The position numbers and the translations under genes are program-made. Below the pieces are notes generated by a model. The model saw only the letters and a list, made by a program, of their open reading frames with translations. It was not told the DNA's origin and did not search any database. From NCBI GenBank assembly GCA_963813535.1, contig CAWEZH010000002.1:1398665-1462664 (forward strand): a stretch of DNA of 64,000 nucleotides, in the 5' to 3' direction. The stretch comes from an uncultured Chloroflexia bacterium (GTDB lineage Bacteria; Chloroflexota; Limnocylindria; Limnocylindrales; CSP1-4). Positions 46,100 through 58,603 of the stretch are shown piece after piece (position 1 is the first letter of the stretch; the number at the start of each line of letters is the position of its first letter).

Positions 46100-46963
46100 T
46101 CAGAACGGGGGCCGAGTCTCGGGATCGGGCCAGGCCGTTCCTGCCGGGTCCTCAGGCTGGGTCTCCCGCCGCGGCAGCCAGACGCCGACGACGATCGCCG
46201 CGACCACGGCTGCCACGGCGATCCCCAGTGCGAGCACGCCGCCCGCCGGGAACGGCCCCACGACCAGTGGATCGCGCCACGTCGTCGATACGGCGGCGCG
46301 GGCGATGCACCAGGCGGCGAGCGCGACCAGAAGACGGCTGCCGTCGCGCGCCTGGAACACGCCGAGCGAGCTGGCGGCGAGGACAAGCAGTGCGACAAGC
46401 GCCGTCCCGAGCGCCTCGTAGACCTGTGCCGGATGTGACGGGACCGCCGGCGCGAGTGAGACCCAGGGTCCGGGACCCAGGAAGGCGGTGGCCCACTCGC
46501 CATCGAAGACCCGACCCTGACCACTCCCGCCGAGGACCATCGACAGCTTTCCACCGACGATCGCGACGAGCAGCGGGATCGTCGCGATGTGCGCCGCTTG
46601 CCTGACCGGCCAGCCCAGCAGCAGCGCCACGATGGCGCCGGTGACCAGGCCACCGACGACGGCCAGACCGAGCTCGAGACCACCGAACGCGGGATCGAAG
46701 AACGCCAATGGCCCATTCCGGAACGCCTCGGGCATCAGCAGCGCGTAGCCGATGCGGCCCCCGATGATCGCCCCCGGCACGGCGCCGATCACGACGTAGA
46801 GGAGGTCATCGTTACGCAGCCCGTTGCGCTTGGCCAGGATCCCGGCGGTCGCCAGACAGACGACCACCACCAGGGCGAGAGCGAGCGTCTGCCAGCGCAC
46901 CGTCAGGCTCGAGCCGAGGTGGACGAGAGGGTCGAAGTCGAACGCGATGAGGGCGATCGGCAC
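46100..46963 (-). CDS. Prolipoprotein diacylglyceryl transferase (Lgt) family protein, divergent
   Basis: A polytopic protein with Lgt-like layout (IALIAFDFDPL...GRIGYALL...FGGLELGLAVVGG). The canonical HGG and GNF motifs are not clearly conserved. The GTG start at 46963 was chosen because the upstream ORF extension is Arg-rich and overlaps the SARP promoter side. Confidence 0.5.
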   Translation of the reverse strand: MPIALIAFDFDPLVHLGSSLTVRWQTLALALVVVVCLATAGILAKRNGLRNDDLLYVVIGAVPGAIIGGRIGYALLMPEAFRNGPLAFFDPAFGGLELGLAVVGGLVTGAIVALLLGWPVRQAAHIATIPLLVAIVGGKLSMVLGGSGQGRVFDGEWATAFLGPGPWVSLAPAVPSHPAQVYEALGTALVALLVLAASSLGVFQARDGSRLLVALAAWCIARAAVSTTWRDPLVVGPFPAGGVLALGIAVAAVVAAIVVGVWLPRRETQPEDPAGTAWPDPETRPPF

Positions 46964-47204
46964 GGTCGCCGCAGTGTACCCGCGCGAAAAGTGTCGGCTT
47001 GCCGACACAAGGGCTGTCGCGTACCCGCTGCCCGAGCGGTGTCGCGCGCGACAGCATCGTCGATATCGTGCCGACGAGCGCGGGGGCGCAGAGGGGTGCG
47101 ATGAGGGGGAACGCTCGGAGGGGGCCTGGGGGCCTTTCCGATCAGTCCCGGCGTCCGGCCCACGGGGGACGGGCCGGACGTCGTGACGATGGCGAGGGGA
47201 TGCT

Positions 47205-48011
47205 GTGCCTACACGTCCACGGGCCGTGACCGGCCTGGACATCACGCTGCTCGGTCGGGTTGCGATCCGAGCCGCGGACGGCACGGAGGTCCGTTTCGTC
47301 GGCCGCCACGTCCAGGCGCTCTTCACGCTTCTGGCGCTCACGCGCCGGCCCCGCACGCGCGAGGCCATCGCCACCGATCTTTGGCCCGAGTCGCTGGTCG
47401 CGGCGACCGGTCCGCTTCGCCAGGCCCTCTATCAGCTGCGGACGGCGCTGGTCGGTGCCGGCCTGCAGGTCGATGCCATCCTCGAGTCGGACGCCGAGAC
47501 GGTCGGATTGCGACCGGAGGCCATCCGCTCGCTCGATGTCGCGCGCTTCGAGGCCTGCACGGACGATCCGACCTGCAGCCCCGAGGAGGCGGTCAGGCTG
47601 TACGCCGGCGACCTCGCTGAGGGCCTCGGTCACGACTGCTTCGCCGCCGAACGCGAACGGCTGGCCGACCGGTTCGAGGATGCCCTGGCGCTCGTGGCTC
47701 GCCGACGACTCGCTGCCGCGGACGAGGACGGTGCACGGCTTGCCGCAGAGCGGCTGATCACCCGGGACCCCCTGCGTGAGGAGGCCCACGAGGTGCTCAT
47801 CGCCGTCCATGGCATCAGCGGATCGCGCTCGCAGGTCGTTCGGCAGTACCGCCGACTGTGCGACCTGCTGCGTCGCGAACTGGCCGAGGCGCCGCTCCCC
47901 GAAACGGACGCGACCTACCGGGCCGCGCTGGCCCGGACGATCGCCCGGTCGCGAGAGCGGGCCGTTGCCATCGAGCCGCCCGGGAGCACGAACCTCGCTG
48001 TGGTCCGCTAG
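47205..48011 (+). CDS. SARP (AfsR/DnrI/RedD) family transcriptional regulator with BTAD domain
   Basis: An OmpR-type winged helix (LLGRVAIRAADGTEVRFVGRHVQALFTLLAL...REAIATDLWP) plus BTAD (DPLREEAHEVLIAVHGISGSRSQVVRQYRRLCDLLRRELAEAP). Confidence 0.8.
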   Translation: MPTRPRAVTGLDITLLGRVAIRAADGTEVRFVGRHVQALFTLLALTRRPRTREAIATDLWPESLVAATGPLRQALYQLRTALVGAGLQVDAILESDAETVGLRPEAIRSLDVARFEACTDDPTCSPEEAVRLYAGDLAEGLGHDCFAAERERLADRFEDALALVARRRLAAADEDGARLAAERLITRDPLREEAHEVLIAVHGISGSRSQVVRQYRRLCDLLRRELAEAPLPETDATYRAALARTIARSRERAVAIEPPGSTNLAVVR

Positions 48012-48288
48012 ACCGCCTCAGTTCACCGGCGGCGGGACCTCGAGGGACGGCGAGGGACGGCCGGGCTCATCGGACGGTCGGACCGGAATGGTCGGGGCGG
48101 ACGACGCCCCGGGCGGCAGGCGGTAGCGGCGTGCGCTCGGGGAGGTCGAGGTGGGGTCGACCTGGCCCCGTGGTCAGTGCACGGAACGTACGCCTCGCAG
48201 AATTGCCGGGTCAAATCGGTTCCATGCGAAGCGGTGCTCGAACGGTGCGCCGCCGCACCACTGAAGACCGCTAGCGGGTTCGGATGGG

Positions 48289-51227
<2,939 letters not shown>

Positions 51228-51466
51228 TGATGGCGGACTCCTTGGCGCGGGCGATCAACTCACGGATCGACCGGCCGCGCGTGCCGCTGGCGATGTTCCG
51301 GGTGGTGGCCCGGTGAGGCTAGCGGGAGTCGGCTTCCACAGTCGCGCATCGTCGATGCTACCACGTTGCGGTTCGGTTGCGACAAGGGGTCCAGCGAACG
51401 GGGTCGGGCCGTACCATGGGTCCCCCACCGTCAGCCGCGACCACCATGTCTCGAGGGACCGCCGCC

Positions 51467-52984
51467 ATGACCGACACGCTGATCCCCGATCGCGAACAGG
51501 CCACCAGCGAGCTCGCCGACCTCCGCATTCGGACCGACCTGTTCATCGACGGCGACTTCCGACCCGCGCGTGACGGTCGGCGGTTCGTGACCGAGAACCC
51601 GGCGACCGGCCGATCGATCACCGAGGTCGCCGAGGGTGGCTCCGCGGACGTGGACGCCGCGGTCGCCGCGGCCCGAGCGGCATTCGAGCGCGGCGTCTGG
51701 TCACGGATGGATCCCGGAGCGCGGAAGCGGATCCTCCTCGGCTGGGCGGACCTGATCGAGTCGCACGCACGGGAGCTCGGCCTGCTGGAGACGATCGACG
51801 CGGGCAAGCCCATCACCGATACGGTCGGGCTCGACATGCCGGAGACGGCGGCATGCATCCGCTGGCACGCCGAGGCGATCGACAAGCTCTACGGCCAGGT
51901 GGCGCCGTCGCCGGAGGGCACGGTGGCGACGATCACGCGGGAGCCGGCGGGGGTCGTGGGCGCGGTCGTGCCGTGGAACTACCCGGCCCAGATGGCGGCC
52001 TGGAAGCTGGGGCCGGCGCTGGCCACCGGCAACAGCGTCGTGATCAAGCCCGCCTCGACCACGTCGCTCAGTCTCCTCAGGATCGCCGAGCTGGGTGCCG
52101 AGGCCGGCATCCCCGCGGGCGTGCTCAACGTCGTGACCGGACCGGGCGACACGGTCGGGGCGGCGATCGGCCGACATCCCGACATCGATGTCGTCGCCTT
52201 CACCGGCTCGACCGAGGTCGGCCGGAGATTCCTGACCTGGTCGGCGGAGTCCAATCTCAAGCGCGTGCTGCTCGAGCTCGGCGGCAAGAGCCCGCAGATC
52301 GTGTTCGGCGACGTGACCGACATGGCCGACGTGGCGGCCAACGCCGCGACCGCGATCTTCTGGAACATGGGCGAGAACTGCAGCGCCGGATCGCGCCTGA
52401 TCGTCCATCGCTCACGAAAGGACGCCCTGCTCGACGCGCTGCAGGCGGAGCTCGCGTCTTGGCCGGTCGGGGACCCGCTCGACCCGGCCACGAAGATCGG
52501 CGCGATCATCTCCAAGCCGCATCTCGAGCGCGTGCTCGGGTATGTGCAGGCGGGGCGCGAGGACGGGGCACGCCTGGTGACCGGCGGCCGGCGGATCCTC
52601 GAGGAGACGGGTGGCTACTTCCTCGGACCCACGATCTTCGACCGCGTGACGAACGACATGCGGATCGCCAGGGAGGAGATCTTCGGGCCGGTGCTGTCGG
52701 TCATCGAGTTCGAGACCGAAGAGGAGGCGGTGACGATCGCCAACGACACGGCCTACGGCCTGGCGGCCTCGATCTACACCGACGACCTGAACGTCGCCCA
52801 CCGGGTCGCCCGCGAGCTGCGGGCCGGCACGGTCGGCGTCAATGCCTATGCCGAAGGCGACATGACGACCCCGTTCGGCGGGTACAAGCAGTCAGGTTTC
52901 GGCGGCCACGACAAGTCGGTGCACGCCCACGACCAATACACGGAGCTCAAGACCACCTGGATCGTGCTGAAACCAGGTCGATAG
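51467..52984 (+). CDS. NAD(P)-dependent aldehyde dehydrogenase
   Basis: The internal ATG gives MTDTLIPDRE. ALDH motifs are VVPWNYP, ELGGKSP and the catalytic Cys in GENCSAGSR. Confidence 0.85.
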   Translation: MTDTLIPDREQATSELADLRIRTDLFIDGDFRPARDGRRFVTENPATGRSITEVAEGGSADVDAAVAAARAAFERGVWSRMDPGARKRILLGWADLIESHARELGLLETIDAGKPITDTVGLDMPETAACIRWHAEAIDKLYGQVAPSPEGTVATITREPAGVVGAVVPWNYPAQMAAWKLGPALATGNSVVIKPASTTSLSLLRIAELGAEAGIPAGVLNVVTGPGDTVGAAIGRHPDIDVVAFTGSTEVGRRFLTWSAESNLKRVLLELGGKSPQIVFGDVTDMADVAANAATAIFWNMGENCSAGSRLIVHRSRKDALLDALQAELASWPVGDPLDPATKIGAIISKPHLERVLGYVQAGREDGARLVTGGRRILEETGGYFLGPTIFDRVTNDMRIAREEIFGPVLSVIEFETEEEAVTIANDTAYGLAASIYTDDLNVAHRVARELRAGTVGVNAYAEGDMTTPFGGYKQSGFGGHDKSVHAHDQYTELKTTWIVLKPGR

Positions 52985-53059
52985 CGCGGCGGGCTACCCG
53001 GAGACCGGAACCCCTCCTTGACCCGCACGCACCGCGGCCCGTAGCATCCTCGGTACAAC

Positions 53060-53180
53060 CGAAGAGCACGTATCAAGAGATGGCTGAGGGACCGGCCCGT
53101 TGACGCCACGACAACCTACCGACGCGACGTCGGCAAGGTGCCAAGTCCGGGCAGGTCCTCCTGCGAGATACGGGTCTCTC
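53060..53180 (+). promoter_or_regulatory. SAM-I (S-box) riboswitch
   Basis: Consensus core acgtATCAAGAGatGGCtGAGGGAccGGCCCgttGAcGCCacgaCAACC...GGTGCCAAgTCCgGGCAG...GAGATACg. P1 pairs cgtatc (53069-53074) with gatacg (53167-53172). It lies 75 nt upstream of the GTG at 53254. Confidence 0.85.
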
Positions 53181-53253
53181 CCGGGGCCCATCGATCGACA
53201 GGTCCTGACCCATCCACGCCGGTCCGTCGCCGACGAGCGACCTGGAGACCGAT

Positions 53254-54585
53254 GTGACCGTACCGACACTGGCCCCACCGACCACCCGACCCGCCCCGGG
53301 CACGACCGAGCCGACGACGGCCGGCGCGCGAATCACCGGGATGGCGTGTCGGAACTGTGGGCTGGCCCAGCCGTTGGCGGTTGCCTATGTGTGTCCGGCC
53401 TGCTTCGGTCCCCTGGAAGTGACCTATGACTACGCCGCTGTCGCGCGGACCCTGACCCGCGAAGCGATCGCGGCACGAGCTCCCGGGATCTGGCGCTACC
53501 TCGAGCTTCTGCCGGTCGACGCGCCCCCGGTCCGTTCCCTGCCGGTCGGGTCGACGCCCCTCATCGAGGCCGATCGTCTCGCCTCGTCGCTCGGCGTCGA
53601 GCGGCTGTGGATCAAGGACGACACGCGCAATCCGTCGCTGTCCTTCAAAGACCGGCCCGCTGCCATCGCGGCAGCGAGGGCCGTCGACTTCGGCGTCCCG
53701 GCCCTCGCCTGTGCCTCGACCGGCAACCTGGCCGGCGCGACGGCGGCCGCGGCCGCCGCGGTGGGGCTGCCGGCGTACGTGTTCATCCCGGCCGACCTCG
53801 AGACCGCCAAGGTCGACCACGCGCTCGCCTACGGCGCAACGGTCGTCCCCATCGACGGCACCTATGACGACGTCAACCGGCTGTGCCTCGAGATCGCTGA
53901 CGAGACCGGCTGGGGGTTCATCAACATCAACCTGCGCCCGTTCTACGCGGAGGGTTCGAAGACCCTCGCCTACGAGATCGCCGAGTCGCTCGGCTGGCGC
54001 AGCCCCGACGTGGTCGTGGCCCCGGTGGCCTCGGGCGCGATGTTCACACGGGTCGCGCGCGGCTTCGAGGAACTGGCAGAGATCGGGCTCATCGAGCGGC
54101 GACCGATCCGCTTCGTCGGGGGCCAGGCGACTGGCTGCGCGCCGGTCGCGACAGCCTTCGATGCCGGCACGGACGTCATCGAGCCGGTCCGCGAGCCCGA
54201 CACGATCGTCCGCTCGCTGGCCATCGGCAACCCGGCCGACGGTCGCTACGCGGTCGAGCTCGCGCGCGAAAGCGGCGGCTCGATCGAGTCGATCCCGGAC
54301 GTGGTGACGGCGGAGCACATCCGCGACGTCGCCCGGCTCGAGGGGATCTTCCCGGAGACCGCCGGGGGCGTCACCCTCGGCGCAGTCGCCGCGGCTCGTC
54401 GGCGCGGCGTCATCGGTGACGGTGATGAGGTCGTCGCGCTCCTCACCGGGAACGGCCTCAAGACGCCGGATGCCCGGACGCTCGGGCTTGCCGCCGATGC
54501 TGGACTGTCGGGCACAGCCGGACTGGCGCCGGTCATCCGGCCCAGCCTGTCGGCGTTCGAGTCGTGGCTGGAGTCGGCGTCATGA
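53254..54585 (+). CDS. Threonine-synthase-like PLP enzyme with N-terminal zinc ribbon (MetM-like homocysteine synthase candidate)
   Basis: CRNCGL...CPACFG zinc ribbon, PLP lysine block NPSLSFKDRPAAIA and ASTGNLAG. A GGAG Shine-Dalgarno precedes the GTG at 53254; an alternative start is at MACRNCG (53341). Confidence 0.75.
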   Translation: MTVPTLAPPTTRPAPGTTEPTTAGARITGMACRNCGLAQPLAVAYVCPACFGPLEVTYDYAAVARTLTREAIAARAPGIWRYLELLPVDAPPVRSLPVGSTPLIEADRLASSLGVERLWIKDDTRNPSLSFKDRPAAIAAARAVDFGVPALACASTGNLAGATAAAAAAVGLPAYVFIPADLETAKVDHALAYGATVVPIDGTYDDVNRLCLEIADETGWGFININLRPFYAEGSKTLAYEIAESLGWRSPDVVVAPVASGAMFTRVARGFEELAEIGLIERRPIRFVGGQATGCAPVATAFDAGTDVIEPVREPDTIVRSLAIGNPADGRYAVELARESGGSIESIPDVVTAEHIRDVARLEGIFPETAGGVTLGAVAAARRRGVIGDGDEVVALLTGNGLKTPDARTLGLAADAGLSGTAGLAPVIRPSLSAFESWLESAS

Positions 54586-54854
54586 GCACGGTCCGCATCC
54601 CGCCGACGCTCAGGACCGCGACCGGCGGCGAGAAGCTGGTCTCCGTCCCGGGCGGCACCGTCCGCGAAGTGATCCGCGGTCTGGTCGTGGCCCACCCGGG
54701 GCTCGAATCGCAGCTGCTCACGCAGGACGGCGACCTCAACCGGTTCGTGAACGCCTTCCTCAACGACACTGACGTCCGCCATCTGCAGGCGCTCGACACA
54801 CCGGTCAGCGACGGCGACACGCTGGTGCTGCTACCCGCGATGGCCGGAGGCTGA
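54582..54854 (+). CDS. MoaD/ThiS-family sulfur-carrier protein ending in Gly-Gly (MetO-like candidate)
   Basis: MSTVRIPPTLRTATGG...SDGDTLVLLPAMAGG followed by the stop. Its ATG overlaps the upstream stop (ATGA at 54582-54585). Confidence 0.75.
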   Translation: MSTVRIPPTLRTATGGEKLVSVPGGTVREVIRGLVVAHPGLESQLLTQDGDLNRFVNAFLNDTDVRHLQALDTPVSDGDTLVLLPAMAGG

Positions 54855-54891
54855 CAGGAGGGCTCGACCGCGGGAGTAGGCTGGTCGTCCC

Positions 54892-55707
54892 ATGACGGCC
54901 GGCGATCGACCGCCCAACGGCGACGAGGCGTTCTGGCGCGAGTACCTCACCCGCGGCGACGCCATGGAGAAGCGTGCCCGCCGAGTCCTCCGCCTGCTCC
55001 CGCATGGCCCGAGGTGCAAGTTGTGCGCGGCCCCGTTCGGCGGGGCTGCAGCGCCCCTGATGCGTGCCATCGGAAAGCGGCCGGCCCTCAAGAACCCGAG
55101 CGTCTGCAACTCCTGCTTCGACTTCATGGAGAAGCACCATGGCGGCGCGGAGATCGATGGCAGCTACCTCTTCGCCGACATCCGCGGCTCGACGACGCTG
55201 GCGGAGCGCATGCCAGTCGACGAATTCCGCGCCCTGATCGACCGCTTCTTCGCGACCGCGTCGCAGGTCGTGTTCGACAACGACGGCGGCGTCGACAAGT
55301 TCGTCGGGGACGAGATCGTCGCGTTCTTCTTCCCATTGATGTCCGGTCCGCGCCACGCGGCGGCGGCCGTCAGCACCGCCACCGCCCTGCTGCGAGCCAC
55401 CGGCCACGCGGATCCCGGCGGACCATGGGTCCCGGTCGGGGTGGGCGTGTCGACCGGGCCTGCGTGGGTCGGCGCCGTCGGCGATGAGAAGCGCACCGAC
55501 CTGACCGCTCTCGGAGACAACGTCAACATCGCCGCGCGGCTCGGCGGGGTCGCCAGTGCGGGAGAGGTCCTCATGACGGCTGAGACCGCGCTGGCGGCCG
55601 GCGTCGATCCGGGACTCGAGCGTCGCTCCCTGGAGCTCAAGGGCAAGTCCGCACCGACCGAGGTCGTCAGTCTCTTGGTCGGTCGGGTGCCGGTGGTGGC
55701 GGGCTAG
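54892..55707 (+). CDS. Class III adenylate/guanylate cyclase with N-terminal Cys-rich (CxxC...CxxC) segment
   Basis: Has CKLCAAPFGG...CNSCFD, then the cyclase core LFADIRGSTTLAE...KFVGDEIVAFF...GDNVNIAARL. Confidence 0.75.
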   Translation: MTAGDRPPNGDEAFWREYLTRGDAMEKRARRVLRLLPHGPRCKLCAAPFGGAAAPLMRAIGKRPALKNPSVCNSCFDFMEKHHGGAEIDGSYLFADIRGSTTLAERMPVDEFRALIDRFFATASQVVFDNDGGVDKFVGDEIVAFFFPLMSGPRHAAAAVSTATALLRATGHADPGGPWVPVGVGVSTGPAWVGAVGDEKRTDLTALGDNVNIAARLGGVASAGEVLMTAETALAAGVDPGLERRSLELKGKSAPTEVVSLLVGRVPVVAG

Positions 55708-56858
55708 GCCCGGTCGAGCGCCTGTCGCAGGTCGGCGATCAGGTCGTCGGCGCCTTCGATGCCGACCGACAGGCGGATCAGGGCCGGATCCACCTCGAGC
55801 TTGGAACCGGCGACCGACATGTGGGTCATCGCCGCCGGCACCTCGATGAGCGACTCGACCCCTCCGAGCGACTCGGCCAGCGTGAACAGGCGGGTCCCCT
55901 CCGCGATCGCGACCGCCCGCTCTGCGGCAGTCAAGGAGCCGCTCGCCGACGGGATGAGGGACACCATCCCGCTCATGCCTGGGTAGCGGACGTCGGCGAG
56001 GTCGTCGCGCGAGCGGAGGAACTCGACGACGGCTCGGGCGTTGGCCTGGTGTCGTTCGACCCGCAGGTGGAGCGTGCGGAGGCCGCGGAGCACGAGGAAG
56101 GAATCCAGCGGCCCGGGGACCGCGCCCATCGCGTTCTGGAGGAACCGCAGCCGCTCCGCGATCGCGTCGTCCGAGGTCACGGCGACACCGAGCACGACAT
56201 CCGAGTGGCCGGCGAGGTATTTGGTCGCCGAGTGGAACACGATGTCGGCACCCATCGTCAGCGGCCGTTGCAGGGCCGGCGACGCGAATGTGTTGTCCAC
56301 GACGATCAGTGGCCGCCGGCCCCCTTCGGCCGAACGACGGTCGACCGTCCGGACGACCTCGGCGATATCGACGGTCTTGAGCAACGGGTTGGTCGGCGTC
56401 TCGAACCAGACGAGTCGCGTCCGTTCCGACAGCGCCTCCCACAGCGCATCCATGCCCTCGGTCAAGTCGATGAACGTGGACGTCACGCCACCGCCCGGCC
56501 GGCGGACCTTGTCCAGGTAGCGATAGGTGCCGCCATACACGTCGTCGCCGACGACGATCTCGTCACCCGGATCGGCGAGTTCGGCGATGGCGGCCGTGGC
56601 CGCCGACCCGGAGGCGAAGGCGAACCCGTGCCGGCCCGCCTCGAGGGCCGCGATCGCCCGTTCGAGTCGATCGCGCGTGGGGTTCTGCGACCGGGCGTAC
56701 TCATAGCCGCGACGCGGCTTGCCGACGCCGTCCTGCTCGTAAGTCGAGGTCTGGTAGATCGGCGGCGCCACGGCACCCGTCAACTCGTCGGGCTCCGCGC
56801 CGGCGTGCACGGCCAGGGTGTCGAACGACGGGTTCTCGATCTCGTCTGCCCGCGACAT
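55704..56858 (-). CDS. Cystathionine gamma-synthase / gamma-lyase (Cys/Met-metabolism PLP enzyme)
   Basis: Has YEYARSQNPTRDRLE, DNTFASP and the PLP lysine block HSATKYLAGHSD. Confidence 0.85.
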   Translation of the reverse strand: MSRADEIENPSFDTLAVHAGAEPDELTGAVAPPIYQTSTYEQDGVGKPRRGYEYARSQNPTRDRLERAIAALEAGRHGFAFASGSAATAAIAELADPGDEIVVGDDVYGGTYRYLDKVRRPGGGVTSTFIDLTEGMDALWEALSERTRLVWFETPTNPLLKTVDIAEVVRTVDRRSAEGGRRPLIVVDNTFASPALQRPLTMGADIVFHSATKYLAGHSDVVLGVAVTSDDAIAERLRFLQNAMGAVPGPLDSFLVLRGLRTLHLRVERHQANARAVVEFLRSRDDLADVRYPGMSGMVSLIPSASGSLTAAERAVAIAEGTRLFTLAESLGGVESLIEVPAAMTHMSVAGSKLEVDPALIRLSVGIEGADDLIADLRQALDRA

Positions 56859-56896
56859 GCACGGATGATGGCATCGCGAGGGTCGGCGCGTCGGTG

Positions 56897-57445
56897 TCAG
56901 TCGGTCGGCCGCCAGTCGTCCCGCTCATACACGAGCTCCTCGCCGTCGTATTCGTCCATCTGTGTCCCGACGTGGATGAAGCCGAATTGGGCGAGGACCG
57001 CCTGCGATGCGAGGTTGTCGGGCGTGGTCGAGGCGCGGAAGCGGGTGATCCCGTGCTCGCGCCAGGCCCATTCGAACAGCGCACGGACCACCTCGGTCGC
57101 GACCCCTTGCCTCCGATAGGCCGGCTCGACGCGGTAGCCGACCTCTACCTGACCGGAGTCGTCGGGTGGGCTGTGGAACCCGATGGAGCCGATGACCCGG
57201 CGGCCATCGCGATCCGCAAGGACGATCGCGCGCCCGAGCCACGCCTGTGCGGTCGGATCGGCCGACAGGTCCGCGATGCGGTACTCGAGGAAGTGCTCGA
57301 GGTCCTCGGACATGTTGGGCGGGACGCTCGCGCCGATCTCTGATTCGGCCGCCGCGACGTCACGCCTCCTGAGCGCCTGCATGAACGGCAGTGACATCGA
57401 GACCAGCTCGAATCGAGGCGTGCGGATGGGTGGGACGGCGGGCAT
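56897..57445 (-). CDS. GNAT-family N-acetyltransferase (RimJ/RimL-like)
   Basis: The internal ATG of ORF 56897..58510 gives RFELVSMS...VGYRVEPAYRRQGVATEVVRALFEWAW. The upstream ORF extension is antisense to the prenyltransferase gene. Confidence 0.75.
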   Translation of the reverse strand: MPAVPPIRTPRFELVSMSLPFMQALRRRDVAAAESEIGASVPPNMSEDLEHFLEYRIADLSADPTAQAWLGRAIVLADRDGRRVIGSIGFHSPPDDSGQVEVGYRVEPAYRRQGVATEVVRALFEWAWREHGITRFRASTTPDNLASQAVLAQFGFIHVGTQMDEYDGEELVYERDDWRPTD

Positions 57446-57523
57446 CGGTGCATCTTCGCACCACCGCCGGCTAGCGGGAACGTGATACAGTGGACGCGCA
57501 CGTTTTCGAGCCTCGAGGACCCC

Positions 57524-58594
57524 ATGGACAGCACCGCCGTCACCGTTACCGACATCCCGCTGCGCGAGCGCTTGCTCGCCTGGAAGGAGATCCTCGAGAC
57601 CGCCAATCCGCCGGTCTCGCGCCCCCTCGACACGGTCGGCAAGTGGCTCGTCATCACCCGTGCCGCCGTCTTCCCGATGACCATCTGGTCCGGGCTGATC
57701 GGTGGCCTGCTCGCCGTCGAGGCGAACCGCGTCGCCGGTGGACCGGCCGTCGACTGGGGGTTGTTCCTCCTCGCGGTCGTCGGGCTCGTGCTCGCGCACG
57801 CGGCGAACAACATGATCAACGACTACTTCGACACGACCGGTGGCGTGGACACCGATGACTACGTCCGGGCGCTGTACGCGCCGCACCCGATCCTGTCGGG
57901 CTGGGTGACGAAGCGCCAGCTTGCATCGGCGATCCTCATCGTGAACGCGTTCGGTGCCGCGATCATGCTGGCGCTCGCGGCCGTCCGCGGGCCACTGATC
58001 ATCGCCTTCGCGCTCGCGGGCCTCTTCGTATCCGTGTTCTACGTGGCGCCGCCGATCCGGCTGAAGCACCACGGTCTGGGCGAGCCAGGCGTGTTCCTCG
58101 TGTGGGGCCCGCTGATGATCGGCGGCACGTTCCTGGCGGCGACGGGGACGATCCCGGGCTGGGTGCTGCTGGTGTCCGTGCCGTACGCGCTGCTCGTGAC
58201 GGCGGTCCTCTTCGGCAAGCACATCGACAAGATCGAGGCCGACTCGAAGCTCGGCGTGCGGACGTTGCCGGTCATCCTCGGCGAGACCCGAGCACGAGTC
58301 GTCGGGCAGTGGCTGATGATCCTGTTCTACCCGCTCACGGTCGCCGCTGTCCTGGCGGGATGGATCGGTCCGTGGGCTCTGCTCGTCGTTCTCGCGGTCC
58401 CACGTCTGCTCGGCGTGCTGGCGGTCTTCCGCCAGCCGAAGCCGGCTGGTCCTCCGCCAGGCCGGGAGCGTGGCTGGCCGCTGTGGTTCGTCGGCTACGC
58501 CTTCGTGCATACGCGCCGCGCCGGCGGCCTGCTCACGCTCGGGCTGCTGCTGAACGCACTCCTGCCGATCACGCTACCGCTGCCCTGGCTCTAG
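57524..58594 (+). CDS. UbiA-family prenyltransferase (MenA-like)
   Basis: Polytopic, with the Asp-rich motif AANNMINDYFDTTGGVD and a second motif FGKHIDKIEAD. The start could be 57482. Confidence 0.75.
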   Translation: MDSTAVTVTDIPLRERLLAWKEILETANPPVSRPLDTVGKWLVITRAAVFPMTIWSGLIGGLLAVEANRVAGGPAVDWGLFLLAVVGLVLAHAANNMINDYFDTTGGVDTDDYVRALYAPHPILSGWVTKRQLASAILIVNAFGAAIMLALAAVRGPLIIAFALAGLFVSVFYVAPPIRLKHHGLGEPGVFLVWGPLMIGGTFLAATGTIPGWVLLVSVPYALLVTAVLFGKHIDKIEADSKLGVRTLPVILGETRARVVGQWLMILFYPLTVAAVLAGWIGPWALLVVLAVPRLLGVLAVFRQPKPAGPPPGRERGWPLWFVGYAFVHTRRAGGLLTLGLLLNALLPITLPLPWL

Positions 58595-58603
58595 CTCACA
58601 GGG

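Noticed and set aside
47205-48011. The SARP regulator as a marker of a secondary-metabolite biosynthetic gene cluster.
   Set aside because: Its neighbours are lgt-like, mdh, pckA and aldehyde dehydrogenase. No PKS, NRPS, terpene or tailoring genes occur in the window.
48012-48288. A 277-nt gene-free gap between the convergent SARP and mdh genes, considered as a possible sRNA or gene remnant (a minus-strand peptide ...QWCGGAPFEHRFAWNRFDPAILRGVRSVH).
   Set aside because: It has no recognisable RNA family features, promoter or terminator. The peptide is only the out-of-frame tail of an ORF overlapping mdh. The evidence is insufficient to call anything.
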